Shown here piece by piece: positions 21,838 to 31,696 of a DNA stretch of 44,132 nt. Position 1 is the stretch's first letter, and each line of letters starts with the position of its first letter. Position numbers and translations under genes: made by a program. Origin of the DNA: an uncultured Gammaproteobacteria bacterium (lineage in GTDB: Bacteria; Pseudomonadota; Gammaproteobacteria; Magnimaribacterales; D2472); assembly GCA_964014565.1 (NCBI GenBank), contig CAXGZN010000003.1, positions 1-44,132 of the forward strand. Direction: 5' to 3'. Under the pieces are notes generated by a model. It searched no databases. It had not been told where the DNA came from and saw only the letters and a program-made list of their open reading frames with translations.

Positions 21838-22729
21838 TTACTAGCTCATCAAAACTAAATCCCATTAAGCTTGCAGCATAAGGAAAAAGACTATGATCAG
21901 TCATACCTGGAACAGTATTAAGTTCTAATACAAAAAAATTTCCTTTTTGGTCTTGAAGAATATCTACCCTACCCCACCTTGAAAGTCCAAACACATTGAA
22001 ACAATTTTTAGCTATTACTTTTAATGTATCCAAGTCTTTTTCATCCAAATCAGCTTTTATAATCTGCGTTTCATCATCATCATATTTAGCTTCATAATCA
22101 TAGAATTCTCTTTTAGTAATTATTTCTAAAGGTTCGAGAATATGATCATTTAAAAAACCGACGGTAAATTCTCTTCCCTCAATAAATCTCTCAACTAAAA
22201 ATTCTCTTTCTCTGTCAACTAAATCTACTTTTATCTTCTCTAGATCAGTTTTTGAGAAATCTGTTACTTTAATAATGTCTATACTAGAGCCTTCTTTGCA
22301 TGGTTTTATAAATACACCTTCATGAAACTGCTCTTCTATTTTATTTTTAGATTCAACTATCTCTTGAAATGTTTTATACACAGAAAAATCAGGAGTAGGA
22401 ATATTGCGCTGACTTAATATATTTTTGCAAATTTCTTTGTCCCAACTATTCTTGCAAGCTTCAAAACCAGAACCAGTATAGTATATTCCTGCTTTATCCA
22501 TTTTAGATTGAAGAATGCCGCTTTCACCCTCTTCGCCATGTAATGCAATAAAAACAAGATCAAAATCTTTTAACTTTTCTAATTCAGTTAGATCTGCATA
22601 ATCAATTAAGTAAGATTTATACCCATTCTTTAATAGAGATTTATGAATAAATTTACCGCTTTTAAGTGAAACCTCTCTTTCGGAGGAATTACCTCCATGG
22701 AGTACACAGACTTCTTTCATATCTTCCAT
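21821..22729 (-). CDS. ddl: D-alanine--D-alanine ligase
   Basis: GGNSSEREVSLKSG, LHGEEGE, EGSS, YDYEAKY and ELNTVPGMT motifs. Confidence 0.97.
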   Translation of the reverse strand: MEDMKEVCVLHGGNSSEREVSLKSGKFIHKSLLKNGYKSYLIDYADLTELEKLKDFDLVFIALHGEEGESGILQSKMDKAGIYYTGSGFEACKNSWDKEICKNILSQRNIPTPDFSVYKTFQEIVESKNKIEEQFHEGVFIKPCKEGSSIDIIKVTDFSKTDLEKIKVDLVDREREFLVERFIEGREFTVGFLNDHILEPLEIITKREFYDYEAKYDDDETQIIKADLDEKDLDTLKVIAKNCFNVFGLSRWGRVDILQDQKGNFFVLELNTVPGMTDHSLFPYAASLMGFSFDELVNEIAK

Positions 22730-24111
22730 CTCTCGATTAAACCCTTTGAAACCATAGAAACATTCCCTGCTCCTTGAGTTATTACAACATCATATTTATC
22801 AATACATTGCTCAACCATATCATTTACATTTTCATGTTTTACGAGACAGCAAAAATCATTTCCATTTATTTTATTTAATTTCTGAGCAATATTTTTTGAA
22901 GAGACTCCCTTAATTTCTTTTTCACTTGCAGAATAAATGGGTAATAAAAATACTTTATCAACTTTGCTTAATGTTGAAATGAAATCATTAAAAAGCATTT
23001 TTGTTCTTGAAAATCTATGAGGTTGAAAAATCATAAGAACTTTTTTTTTCTTAAAATGCCTTCTTAAAGAAACTATTACTTGCTCTATTTCTTTAGGATG
23101 ATGTCCATAATCATCAATGTGAGTAACTTGCTTATTTTTAATTGTTAGCTTAAATCTCTCTAGTCTCCTTTCGACACCAGAAAAAGATTTCAATGCAGCC
23201 CTGATTGTCTGAATGCTAATTCCCTCCTCTATAGCAACTGCTACAGCAGCAACAGCATTATAAATATTGTATTTACCCTGAAGTGATAACCTGAATTTAT
23301 GTTTTTTATTTGTGTCTTTTATATAAATCTTAAAATCAACGTAATCGAAGAAGTAATTGATTTCACTAATTATAATGTCACTTTTTTTATTTAAACCAAA
23401 TGTGATTACCCGTCTTTTTATGTTTTTTAAAATATCCCTGGTGTTTTTATCATCATAATTAGCAATAACATATCCAAAAAAAGGAATATTATCTGAAAAA
23501 TCTAAAAAAGAATTTTTTAAGTTCTTAATATTACCCTCATAGGCTTCCAGATGATCATCATCTATATTTGTTATAACAGCCGAATCAGGATAAAAACTTA
23601 AAAAAGATTTATCACTTTCATCTGCTTCAAATATAAAAAAATTCCCATCACCTAGACGTGAGTTACCATCTGAACTAAGTATTTTCCCTCCAATTACGTA
23701 GGTTGGACTTAGTAAAGCTTGATTAAAGATATGAGCAATTAAGCTTGTTGTGGTTGTTTTTCCATGGCTACCAGCAACTGCTATTCCTTGGTATCCTCTG
23801 GAAATACCACTTAACATTTCAGCCCTAGGAATAATTGGTATATTTTTCTTTTTAGCAGAGGATACCTCTACATTTGAAGAATCAATTGCGGAGGATAAAA
23901 CAATTAAGTCTTTGTTGTTTATGTTCTTGCTTTTGTGCGAGTAAGTTACGTCAACGCCTGACTTTGCTAACTCATCCAGATCTTTTGTTTTGGAGATATC
24001 TGAACCCGAAATGTTATATCCTTTCTTATGCAGAATTGTTGCAATTCCTATCATTCCAGACCCACCAATGCCTATAAAATGAATATTTCTTATTTTCTTA
24101 AATTGCTGCAT
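22717..24111 (-). CDS. murC: UDP-N-acetylmuramate--L-alanine ligase
   Basis: HFIGIGGSGM, GSHGKTTT, EADESD, DDYGHHP and FQPHRFSR motifs. Start likely 24111. Confidence 0.97.
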   Translation of the reverse strand: MQQFKKIRNIHFIGIGGSGMIGIATILHKKGYNISGSDISKTKDLDELAKSGVDVTYSHKSKNINNKDLIVLSSAIDSSNVEVSSAKKKNIPIIPRAEMLSGISRGYQGIAVAGSHGKTTTTSLIAHIFNQALLSPTYVIGGKILSSDGNSRLGDGNFFIFEADESDKSFLSFYPDSAVITNIDDDHLEAYEGNIKNLKNSFLDFSDNIPFFGYVIANYDDKNTRDILKNIKRRVITFGLNKKSDIIISEINYFFDYVDFKIYIKDTNKKHKFRLSLQGKYNIYNAVAAVAVAIEEGISIQTIRAALKSFSGVERRLERFKLTIKNKQVTHIDDYGHHPKEIEQVIVSLRRHFKKKKVLMIFQPHRFSRTKMLFNDFISTLSKVDKVFLLPIYSASEKEIKGVSSKNIAQKLNKINGNDFCCLVKHENVNDMVEQCIDKYDVVITQGAGNVSMVSKGLIERWKI

Positions 24112-25141
24112 TATCTTTATTAATTTCACCCAACATTAAAGAAGCTGCTCTTGAGTGATCAATAGGCGGCTCTTTCTTTTTCCAATTCTGATAATCTTTT
24201 TCATGAATTATTTTTCTAAGAAGATTAGAGAGACTATCTAGTGAGTCTTTTTCTTGAAAAATCTTACCTTGATTGTTTTCCTCATAAAATACTGCATTAA
24301 AGTATTGATGATTATCAATTGATTCTGGAAGAGGAATCATGATCATCCCCCTCTTTTTTTGAGAAATATCACTAAGAGTGCCTGCACCACATCTGCAAAT
24401 AGCAAAATCACACCACTCAATATACTCATCTAAATTGTCTATAAATTCTAAAATTGATGCATTAATTTCTTGATTGTAATTTGAGACATTTTGAATTTTA
24501 CCCAAGCCGCATTGATGGATTACATTTAAGTTAATATTTAAAGTATTTAGGGCAATTGGGATATTTTTATTAATAAAATCTGCTCCTTGGCTGCCACCAG
24601 TAACTAAAATATTTAAATTATCATTTTGATAGATATCTATAGCTTTTTTATTTTGTATGTTTGAAGGATTTCCAACAAAAAAGTATTTTTTGTTTTTGCT
24701 AAGTGGAAATGCAGTGAACATCTTTTTTGCAAATATTGAAAGAAGTTTATTTGAAGATCCTACAATTGAGTTTTGCTCATGTAAATATAGTTTCCTAAAG
24801 CTTATGATACTAGCAAAACCTACTGGGACAGTTATAAATCCACCAAAACAAACCACTGAAGATATTTTTCTTGAAATAATAATTGGTATGACTTGAAAAA
24901 AAATTAGAGGTAACTTAATTAGGAACATTAATTTTTGAGTGATGCTTTTTCCTCTGTAGCCATCCAATTCAAATTTTATAAAATTTATATTCTCATTTTG
25001 CTCAAAAATCTTTTTTTCAAGATCGGTATTGGTGCCTAAAAATGTAATCTTATAATCATTTTTAAGAGCCTCCTTAGCAAAACCAAGTGCTGGAAAAATA
25101 TGTCCGCCTGTTTTAGCAGCGCAAATGATTATATTTTTCAT
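24098..25141 (-). CDS. murG: Lipid II GlcNAc transferase MurG
   Basis: TGGHIFP, HEQN, GGSQGA and HQYFNA motifs. Confidence 0.95.
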   Translation of the reverse strand: MKNIIICAAKTGGHIFPALGFAKEALKNDYKITFLGTNTDLEKKIFEQNENINFIKFELDGYRGKSITQKLMFLIKLPLIFFQVIPIIISRKISSVVCFGGFITVPVGFASIISFRKLYLHEQNSIVGSSNKLLSIFAKKMFTAFPLSKNKKYFFVGNPSNIQNKKAIDIYQNDNLNILVTGGSQGADFINKNIPIALNTLNINLNVIHQCGLGKIQNVSNYNQEINASILEFIDNLDEYIEWCDFAICRCGAGTLSDISQKKRGMIMIPLPESIDNHQYFNAVFYEENNQGKIFQEKDSLDSLSNLLRKIIHEKDYQNWKKKEPPIDHSRAASLMLGEINKDNAAI

Positions 25142-26244
25142 TTATAGAACTTATTTTCGTTATTAATCCTTACAACTATAGCTATTAGGCTCATCATTAC
25201 AAGTAAACTAGTGCCTCCATAACTAATGAATGGTAGAGTTAGTCCCTTTGTAGGAAGCAGTCCAATATTAACTCCTATATTTAAGATTACTTGAAGTGAT
25301 ATTAAAAATCCTATTCCAAAACATAGGTAACCCTGAAATGGTCTAATTTTATTAAATGACTCAAAGGAAACTTTGAAAATGCCAATCAATAAAAATATAT
25401 ACATCAAAATTAGGAATACACCTCCTATTATTCCAAGCTCCTCAACTAATATTGCAAAGATAAAATCTGTATGTGCCTCAGGTAAAAAAAGATTCTTTTG
25501 AATGCTATTTCCTAACCCTAAACCAAGCCACCCTCCCTGACCTAAACTTATTAAGGATTGAGCTAGCTGCCAACCGCTATCTTGAATATCCTCAAAAGGA
25601 TCAATAAAACTTAATAATCTTATAAGTCTGTATGGCTCTAAAAATATTGCAATTGCTCCTAGTATTAAAAAAAGCGTTATCAAAATTAAAAATTGATAAA
25701 AAGAAATACCGGCAAAGAAAAGTAAAACCATTACGATTAAGCAAAGTATGGCGGTAGACCCATAATCTGGTTGAATTAATATTAGAGAAGCAAAAAGAGT
25801 TAAAACGAAAAGAGGTCTTAAAAAACCAGATGTTGATGATATTTCTTCAAGCCTTCTTACGCAATATCCAGAGATATAAATAAGCATACAAAACTTAGCA
25901 ACTTCAGATGGCTGGATATTGATTGGTCCAAACCTTATCCATCTCATGCTCCCATTGACTTCAGTACCAACTCCTGGAAAAAATAATGCAACTAGCAAGA
26001 TAAGAGATAGTATCAATAATAACCAATCAAATTTTCTTAAAAGATCTGATGGAATAAGAAGAAAAAAACAAAAAATAATAAAGCCAATTGAAATAAAAAT
26101 TGCTTGCCTTGAAGCAAAGAAAAAAGGATTATCATAAATTGATTCAGCCCTGACCATACTCGAGGAAAGAACCATAATCTCTCCAAAGATTAGTAAGAGG
26201 ACAAAAGTAAAAAGGATTTGAAAATTATTGCTTTTAAGTTCCAC
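25138..26244 (-). CDS. ftsW: SEDS peptidoglycan glycosyltransferase FtsW
   Basis: RWI..GPINIQPSE, QPDYG, LPEAHTDFIF and PTKGLTLPFISYGG motifs. Confidence 0.97.
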   Translation of the reverse strand: MELKSNNFQILFTFVLLLIFGEIMVLSSSMVRAESIYDNPFFFASRQAIFISIGFIIFCFFLLIPSDLLRKFDWLLLILSLILLVALFFPGVGTEVNGSMRWIRFGPINIQPSEVAKFCMLIYISGYCVRRLEEISSTSGFLRPLFVLTLFASLILIQPDYGSTAILCLIVMVLLFFAGISFYQFLILITLFLILGAIAIFLEPYRLIRLLSFIDPFEDIQDSGWQLAQSLISLGQGGWLGLGLGNSIQKNLFLPEAHTDFIFAILVEELGIIGGVFLILMYIFLLIGIFKVSFESFNKIRPFQGYLCFGIGFLISLQVILNIGVNIGLLPTKGLTLPFISYGGTSLLVMMSLIAIVVRINNENKFYK

Positions 26245-27268
26245 TCTTTTCCTCTATAAGTTTATTGAATGCCTTCCCCCTTTCTTCAAAATTAATATAG
26301 TCATCGCCGCTGGGATACCCTGGGGAAAAAAGAATATTTTTAATATTAGCTTTTTCAATCTCTTTGACTGCTAAACTTAGATTTTCACATAAAACTTTAT
26401 TCTCATGTTTTACACATGAGAAGATTTCATTTGCATGTTTTCCGCATATAACTACCAATGATGGATTTGAAATCTCAACTTCTTTATATCCTTCTTTTTC
26501 AGGATTACCTATTAGGATCAAAGCAAAATCATTAAATATCTTGCTTGCTTCATATAAAGCAAATTTTAAGGAATGAGAGTTAGTCGATTTAGAGTCATTG
26601 ATAGTATTTTGATTTATTTTTTGAAATCTAAATGGAAGATCTTTTAATTCTTTCTCTGGAGGTATAGATCCAGTAATAAATTTATATATAGTCTTTACGT
26701 CATCATTCTGGATACTCTTTTTAGCCTCCAATATTCTTTTTTTTGATTGAACATAGTCTTCAATATTTTCGTGATAATCAAGGTGATCACTATCTATATT
26801 GAGAAGAATCCCATAATCAAGATCAATATTTGAAACCTTATCTAATTGAAAACTAGAAAGTTCAATAATTGAATATTTTTTTCCATTATTCAAAACATCT
26901 AGGACTGGCTTACCAATATTTCCAACTAAGTTTGTAGAGTATTTTTCCTCTAATAATTGCATTAAATGATAGCAAGTGGTGCTTTTTTTATTAGTACCGG
27001 TTATTCCTATTTTTATAGAGTCATCTTCATTGAAAAAGATATCCATGTCAGTAATAACTGTTGAATATTTCTTTAAATTTCTAAACTTCTCTTTAGGCAC
27101 TGAAGGACTTACATAGATATTTTTATAGAAACCATCCTCAATCTTTGAAGCAATTTCTAATGAGTCACTATGCAAAGTGTCATATATTTCAAACTCTTCA
27201 CCTTTGATGTCAAGATATCTTTGAAATGACCGTCCAGTTACACCGAAGCCATATATCAAAGATGGCAT
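26234..27268 (-). CDS. murD: MurD ligase (short, divergent)
   Basis: GFGVTG, GNIG, ELSSFQL, DHLDYH, NDSKSTN and FEERG motifs; lies between mraY and ftsW. Confidence 0.9.
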   Translation of the reverse strand: MPSLIYGFGVTGRSFQRYLDIKGEEFEIYDTLHSDSLEIASKIEDGFYKNIYVSPSVPKEKFRNLKKYSTVITDMDIFFNEDDSIKIGITGTNKKSTTCYHLMQLLEEKYSTNLVGNIGKPVLDVLNNGKKYSIIELSSFQLDKVSNIDLDYGILLNIDSDHLDYHENIEDYVQSKKRILEAKKSIQNDDVKTIYKFITGSIPPEKELKDLPFRFQKINQNTINDSKSTNSHSLKFALYEASKIFNDFALILIGNPEKEGYKEVEISNPSLVVICGKHANEIFSCVKHENKVLCENLSLAVKEIEKANIKNILFSPGYPSGDDYINFEERGKAFNKLIEEKSGT

Positions 27269-27271
27269 GGA

Positions 27272-28357
27272 TTACCTTAATTTGAGTGTTGCAAGGGCAA
27301 CTAAAATTAAAACAAGAGTGATAATCCAGAATCTGACAATAATTTTTGGCTCTGGCCATCCTTTTAACTCAAAGTGATGATGGATTGGTGCCATTAAAAA
27401 AACTCTTTTTTGTCTTAACCTGTAAGAAGTGACTTGAATCATGACGCTTAGAGTTTCAGCTATGAAAACTCCTGCCATAATTGCATAAACTATTTCATGT
27501 CTCAGAATTACGGCAAGAACTCCAAGAATTGCGCCAAGAGTAAGAGAACCAACATCTCCCATAAAAACTTCTGCAGGATATGAGTTGTACCATAAGAAGC
27601 CAATTCCGGACCCTATAAGCGCTCCACAAAATACAATTAGCTCACCTGCAATTTGAAGATGGGGTATAAATAAATATTCTGCAATTAACTGGTTACCCAT
27701 TGCATATGCTATTAATCCTAGGCCTCCACCAATTAAAATAGTTGGCAATATTGCTAACCCATCAAGGCCGTCTGTAAGATTTACTGCATTTGATGAACCA
27801 ACAATTACAAATGAGCCAAACAGAATAAATGAAAGCATGCTCATTTCAAAGATCCAATCTTTGTTAAAAAGGAGTATTAATGATATTTCTGCAGAATCTT
27901 CGGCAGAGAAGTATAAAAAGCTTACTGCAATAATTGAAACTATAGTTTGAGATAATAGTTTAAGCCTTCCAGATATGCCTTTTGAGTCCTTATATTTAAT
28001 TTTAAAGAAGTCATCAAGAAAACCTATGATAGTGAAACCCGATGTAATAAAAAGGCAAACCCAAATATATCTATTACCTAAATCAGCCCATAACAAAGTA
28101 GATATTAACAATGAAGAAATTATTAGTAATCCCCCCATGGTTGGGGTACCAGACTTTTGTTTGTGGGAATCTGGACCTCTCTCCACTCCATATTGTTTAA
28201 ATTGCATTCTTTGAAGCCAGCTTATTAGCTTAGGACCCAAAAATATTGTCAGCAATAACGCTGTTATTGTTCCTCCAATTGTTCTCACAGTAAGATATCT
28301 GAGAACATCGAAGCCAGGATCAATTTCTACAAGAATGGTGCCTAAGTATTCAAACAT
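27272..28357 (-). CDS. mraY: Phospho-MurNAc-pentapeptide transferase
   Basis: TPTMGG, NAVNLTDGLDG, FMGDVG and APIHHHFE motifs. Confidence 0.99.
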   Translation of the reverse strand: MFEYLGTILVEIDPGFDVLRYLTVRTIGGTITALLLTIFLGPKLISWLQRMQFKQYGVERGPDSHKQKSGTPTMGGLLIISSLLISTLLWADLGNRYIWVCLFITSGFTIIGFLDDFFKIKYKDSKGISGRLKLLSQTIVSIIAVSFLYFSAEDSAEISLILLFNKDWIFEMSMLSFILFGSFVIVGSSNAVNLTDGLDGLAILPTILIGGGLGLIAYAMGNQLIAEYLFIPHLQIAGELIVFCGALIGSGIGFLWYNSYPAEVFMGDVGSLTLGAILGVLAVILRHEIVYAIMAGVFIAETLSVMIQVTSYRLRQKRVFLMAPIHHHFELKGWPEPKIIVRFWIITLVLILVALATLKLR

Positions 28358-29688
28358 TATATAAACCTCTCCATTTTCATTCCTCTAGATCCTTTTATTA
28401 AAACAATATCATTCTTTTTAATAAAGTTAGCAATAAATGCCTTGAGTTCTTCTTCATTATAAAAATTATAAGATTTTTTTTGAAATCCACTGGAAGCAAA
28501 TTTTGAAAGCTCTCCAAAAGTTATGAGAATATCAATTTTGGAATTTTTTGCATAAGAGCCTATATCAACATGAAGTTTTTTTCTAAATCTTCCTAACTCA
28601 AACATATCTCCAAAAATAAAAATCTTTCTGCCTGAAAATTCTGATAGTACATCTATACTTCTCTTGACTGATTCTGGGTTTGCGTTATAAGTATCATCAA
28701 TCAATGTGGATTTATTTCTCCAAGAGAGAATTCTTTGTCTTGAAATAGAACTTGATATATTTTTTAGAGATTTAAGCATCTTTGAGTTGCTCTCACCTAA
28801 GACATTAAGACATGTGTAACATACCAAAATATTTTGAATATTATGCTTTCCCAGAAGTGATGAAGAAATAGAAACAGCTTTAGATTTTTTATCATCACTA
28901 CAGCTCTTGATAATATCAAAAGTCATTACTTTTTTATCTTTTGAGATTTTCTCATTCTTCGTAATAAATTTTTTAGGGACAGGGATTACTTTGATGCCTT
29001 TTGCCATATTTTTCCATCTTTGAAGATAGTTCACATCATTTGGGACTATCAAAGCCCCTCCTTTGCGAATATTTTTTATAAGCTCAGACTTAACCTTGAA
29101 AACACCTTCAATATTTATAAGTTTTTCTAGATGCGAGTTTCCGATATTTGTGATTATTCCTATATCAGGCTTAACTATCTTTGATAAATATTTGATATCT
29201 CCTTTTTTTGCTGCACCAGCTTCTAAAACCATATATTTACTATCCTTTTTTGACGACATAATGCTAATTGGAAGGCCAATTTCATTATTAAAATTTTTAA
29301 TTGTAGACGAGCACTTAGGGAGTGATTTTGAGATGATGTTTGTTGTTGATGTTTTTCCATTACTCCCAGTAATTAATATTTTCTTTCCTTTAAAGTCAGA
29401 TGCAATCTCCGATGATATTTTTGAAAGTGCTTTTCTAACACTAGGAACATAGATGACATTATTTTTATTAATATAAGATTTATCAGAGCATAAAACTGCA
29501 ATTGCTCCAGATGAGAAAGCTTTTTCAATAAATTTATTTCCATTGAAATTTCCCCCCCTTAAAGCAATAAAAAGTGAGTCTTTTTTGATAGTTCTTGTAT
29601 CAATTGAGATATTTTTGAATTTAATATTTTTTTTTGGCTTTAAGCCAAGATACTTTCTAATATCGTTTGTGCTAGAAATGAATTTCAT
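28357..29688 (-). CDS. murF: MurF ligase
   Basis: IDTR, GSNGKTS, NNEIGLP, DDTYNANPES and KGSRGMKME motifs. Start likely 29688 (TAATG overlap). Confidence 0.95.
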   Translation of the reverse strand: MKFISSTNDIRKYLGLKPKKNIKFKNISIDTRTIKKDSLFIALRGGNFNGNKFIEKAFSSGAIAVLCSDKSYINKNNVIYVPSVRKALSKISSEIASDFKGKKILITGSNGKTSTTNIISKSLPKCSSTIKNFNNEIGLPISIMSSKKDSKYMVLEAGAAKKGDIKYLSKIVKPDIGIITNIGNSHLEKLINIEGVFKVKSELIKNIRKGGALIVPNDVNYLQRWKNMAKGIKVIPVPKKFITKNEKISKDKKVMTFDIIKSCSDDKKSKAVSISSSLLGKHNIQNILVCYTCLNVLGESNSKMLKSLKNISSSISRQRILSWRNKSTLIDDTYNANPESVKRSIDVLSEFSGRKIFIFGDMFELGRFRKKLHVDIGSYAKNSKIDILITFGELSKFASSGFQKKSYNFYNEEELKAFIANFIKKNDIVLIKGSRGMKMERFI

Positions 29689-30275
29689 TAAAATTTTCTT
29701 TCTTTTTTTATGCAATTTCCTTTTGCTAAGATTTCTAACTTTGGATTCTTATTTTTGCCGCCATCTTTACTTTTTAGCCAGATATCACCAAAAATTCTCC
29801 CTTTGCCCGTATACCAGTTGATAGAGTTTGAGATTCCATAATACTCGACACTATAATTATCAAAAAGTGGATGATCTTCTCCCAAACTCATTGATGATAT
29901 TACTTCTATGCCATTTTCACTGATCTCTTTACTCCAATTCGCTTTAGGATTTATCCAAATTGGTGAAGGGTCAAATGTATAATTAAGTTTAATAAGGTTA
30001 TCGCTTTCATCAATTTCCCAATACTGAACAACCTGCAAAGATTCTTTTTGCCAATCCTCTTTGTCAAAATTTGTTTTTGCTTTATTGATAAGAAAAATAG
30101 ACTGTTGCGTCTGAGTTGCCAAGTTTTTAAAAAAGTCTAAGCCTTCCGATATTACTGTTTTGGAAAGATCTCTATAGGTTACAGAAAATGACCCATCAAG
30201 CTCACAGATTATTTCTTTTTTTTCAGAAAAAGAGAATGTTGAAAAGACTAACATTATAAGAGTGATATATTTCAT
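29688..30275 (-). CDS. Hypothetical secreted protein inserted in the dcw cluster
   Basis: Signal-peptide-like N-terminus, two Cys near the mature termini, and overlap coupling to both murE and murF. Confidence 0.8.
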   Translation of the reverse strand: MKYITLIMLVFSTFSFSEKKEIICELDGSFSVTYRDLSKTVISEGLDFFKNLATQTQQSIFLINKAKTNFDKEDWQKESLQVVQYWEIDESDNLIKLNYTFDPSPIWINPKANWSKEISENGIEVISSMSLGEDHPLFDNYSVEYYGISNSINWYTGKGRIFGDIWLKSKDGGKNKNPKLEILAKGNCIKKERKF

Positions 30276-31696
30276 AATATTTCCTCCACAACCCTTTGAT
30301 CGTTAAATGGTATCTTAGTTCCTTTTATTTCTTGAAATTCTTCATGCCCTTTCCCAAGAATCAATAAAATTTCATCTTCTTTTAGGGCTTCTATACCATT
30401 CTTTATTGCTTGTTTCCTATCTGGTTCAACAATTAAGTTACTATACTCCTGATCTTTTCTAGAATCATCCAAAATTGACCGGAAACTTTCATTTCTACAA
30501 TTGTCAGAAGTAAAAATGACTTTTCGTGAATTAGCGCATGTAAATTTCATAATTTTTGCTCTTTCAGAACTATCTCGCTCTCCTCCACATCCATAAACAA
30601 TGATTAAATCATGATAGATATTTGAGACTGAATTAACTATAGCTCTGATGCCCCCAAAATTATGAGCATAGTCAATTAAAATATTTTTATTATTTTTAGA
30701 TATTACTTTTGCCCTTCCGGAAGGAAGATCTATTGATTTAATAAGCTCCTTGTCAAAAAAGATATTTTTCTCTATCTGATCAAGGCATGCTATCGCAAAA
30801 ACTAAATTATAAATGTTATGTTTTTGAAAAAATTTTACTTTTAAGTCGATACATCTATCATTTGATATTAATTTAAAATTACAGCCATTTTTATTAGTTT
30901 TATCTATCGAAAAAAAGTAATCTGCTTTTTTATTGGAGGTACTTACTATGCATTTTTCATACTTTGCTAATTCTTTATCTATAAGTGAAGCAGAAGTTTC
31001 ACAATCCCCATTTAAGATAATCTTGTTGTGAGAAGAGAAATTTAATATCTTCAGTTTTGAATCAATATAATTTTGAACATTTTTGTGAAAATCTAGATGG
31101 TCTTGCTCAATATTCAAAATTGCCCTAGTTTCAGCATCTATTCCTATAAGTCTATTCTGCTCTAAACCATGAGAAGAAGCTTCAATACAAACAAATAGTT
31201 CATCTTCATATTTTTCTCTAGATATAAATTCAAAAAGTTCAAAAAGATCTGGAGTTGTGTTTCTTGTTTCCTTAAATCTTGTTTTACTTTCAAGTCCTAA
31301 GGTCCCTGCTAGGACAGCATTTTTATTTGTTTTTAATAGTATTTGGTAACAAAAAAATGCGGTCGAAGTCTTTCCATTAGTGCCTGTAAAAATAAGAAAC
31401 TTTAAGTTTTCTTCACGAATATTATAAAAATTAAGACATATTTCTTTTTGTCTCTCAAATAAATCTTCTATAAAAAAACAAGGTATCTTATGTTGTTCAT
31501 TATAATCCTCTTTATTATGCAAGACACAGCTGGCTCCATTAGCAATAGCTTCGTCAATATAATCAAGTCCGTGAGACCTTAAACCCTGAAGAGCTATAAA
31601 ACATTGATCTTTTTCTATTAATCCCGATGAGGTTGCCAATCCAGATATGAATATGTCTTCATTAATATTTAAGTCTAGATCTCGTAAAACTTTCAT
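30272..31696 (-). CDS. murE: MurE ligase
   Basis: GTNGKTS, TTPD, EASSHGL, DHLDFH, DYAH, GCGGERD and GKGHE motifs. Confidence 0.96.
   Translation of the reverse strand: MKVLRDLDLNINEDIFISGLATSSGLIEKDQCFIALQGLRSHGLDYIDEAIANGASCVLHNKEDYNEQHKIPCFFIEDLFERQKEICLNFYNIREENLKFLIFTGTNGKTSTAFFCYQILLKTNKNAVLAGTLGLESKTRFKETRNTTPDLFELFEFISREKYEDELFVCIEASSHGLEQNRLIGIDAETRAILNIEQDHLDFHKNVQNYIDSKLKILNFSSHNKIILNGDCETSASLIDKELAKYEKCIVSTSNKKADYFFSIDKTNKNGCNFKLISNDRCIDLKVKFFQKHNIYNLVFAIACLDQIEKNIFFDKELIKSIDLPSGRAKVISKNNKNILIDYAHNFGGIRAIVNSVSNIYHDLIIVYGCGGERDSSERAKIMKFTCANSRKVIFTSDNCRNESFRSILDDSRKDQEYSNLIVEPDRKQAIKNGIEALKEDEILLILGKGHEEFQEIKGTKIPFNDQRVVEEIL

Noticed and set aside
30485-30515. MurE DNCR instead of DNPR
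   Set aside because: The D, N and R residues associated with meso-DAP recognition are retained, so there is no reason to infer changed specificity.
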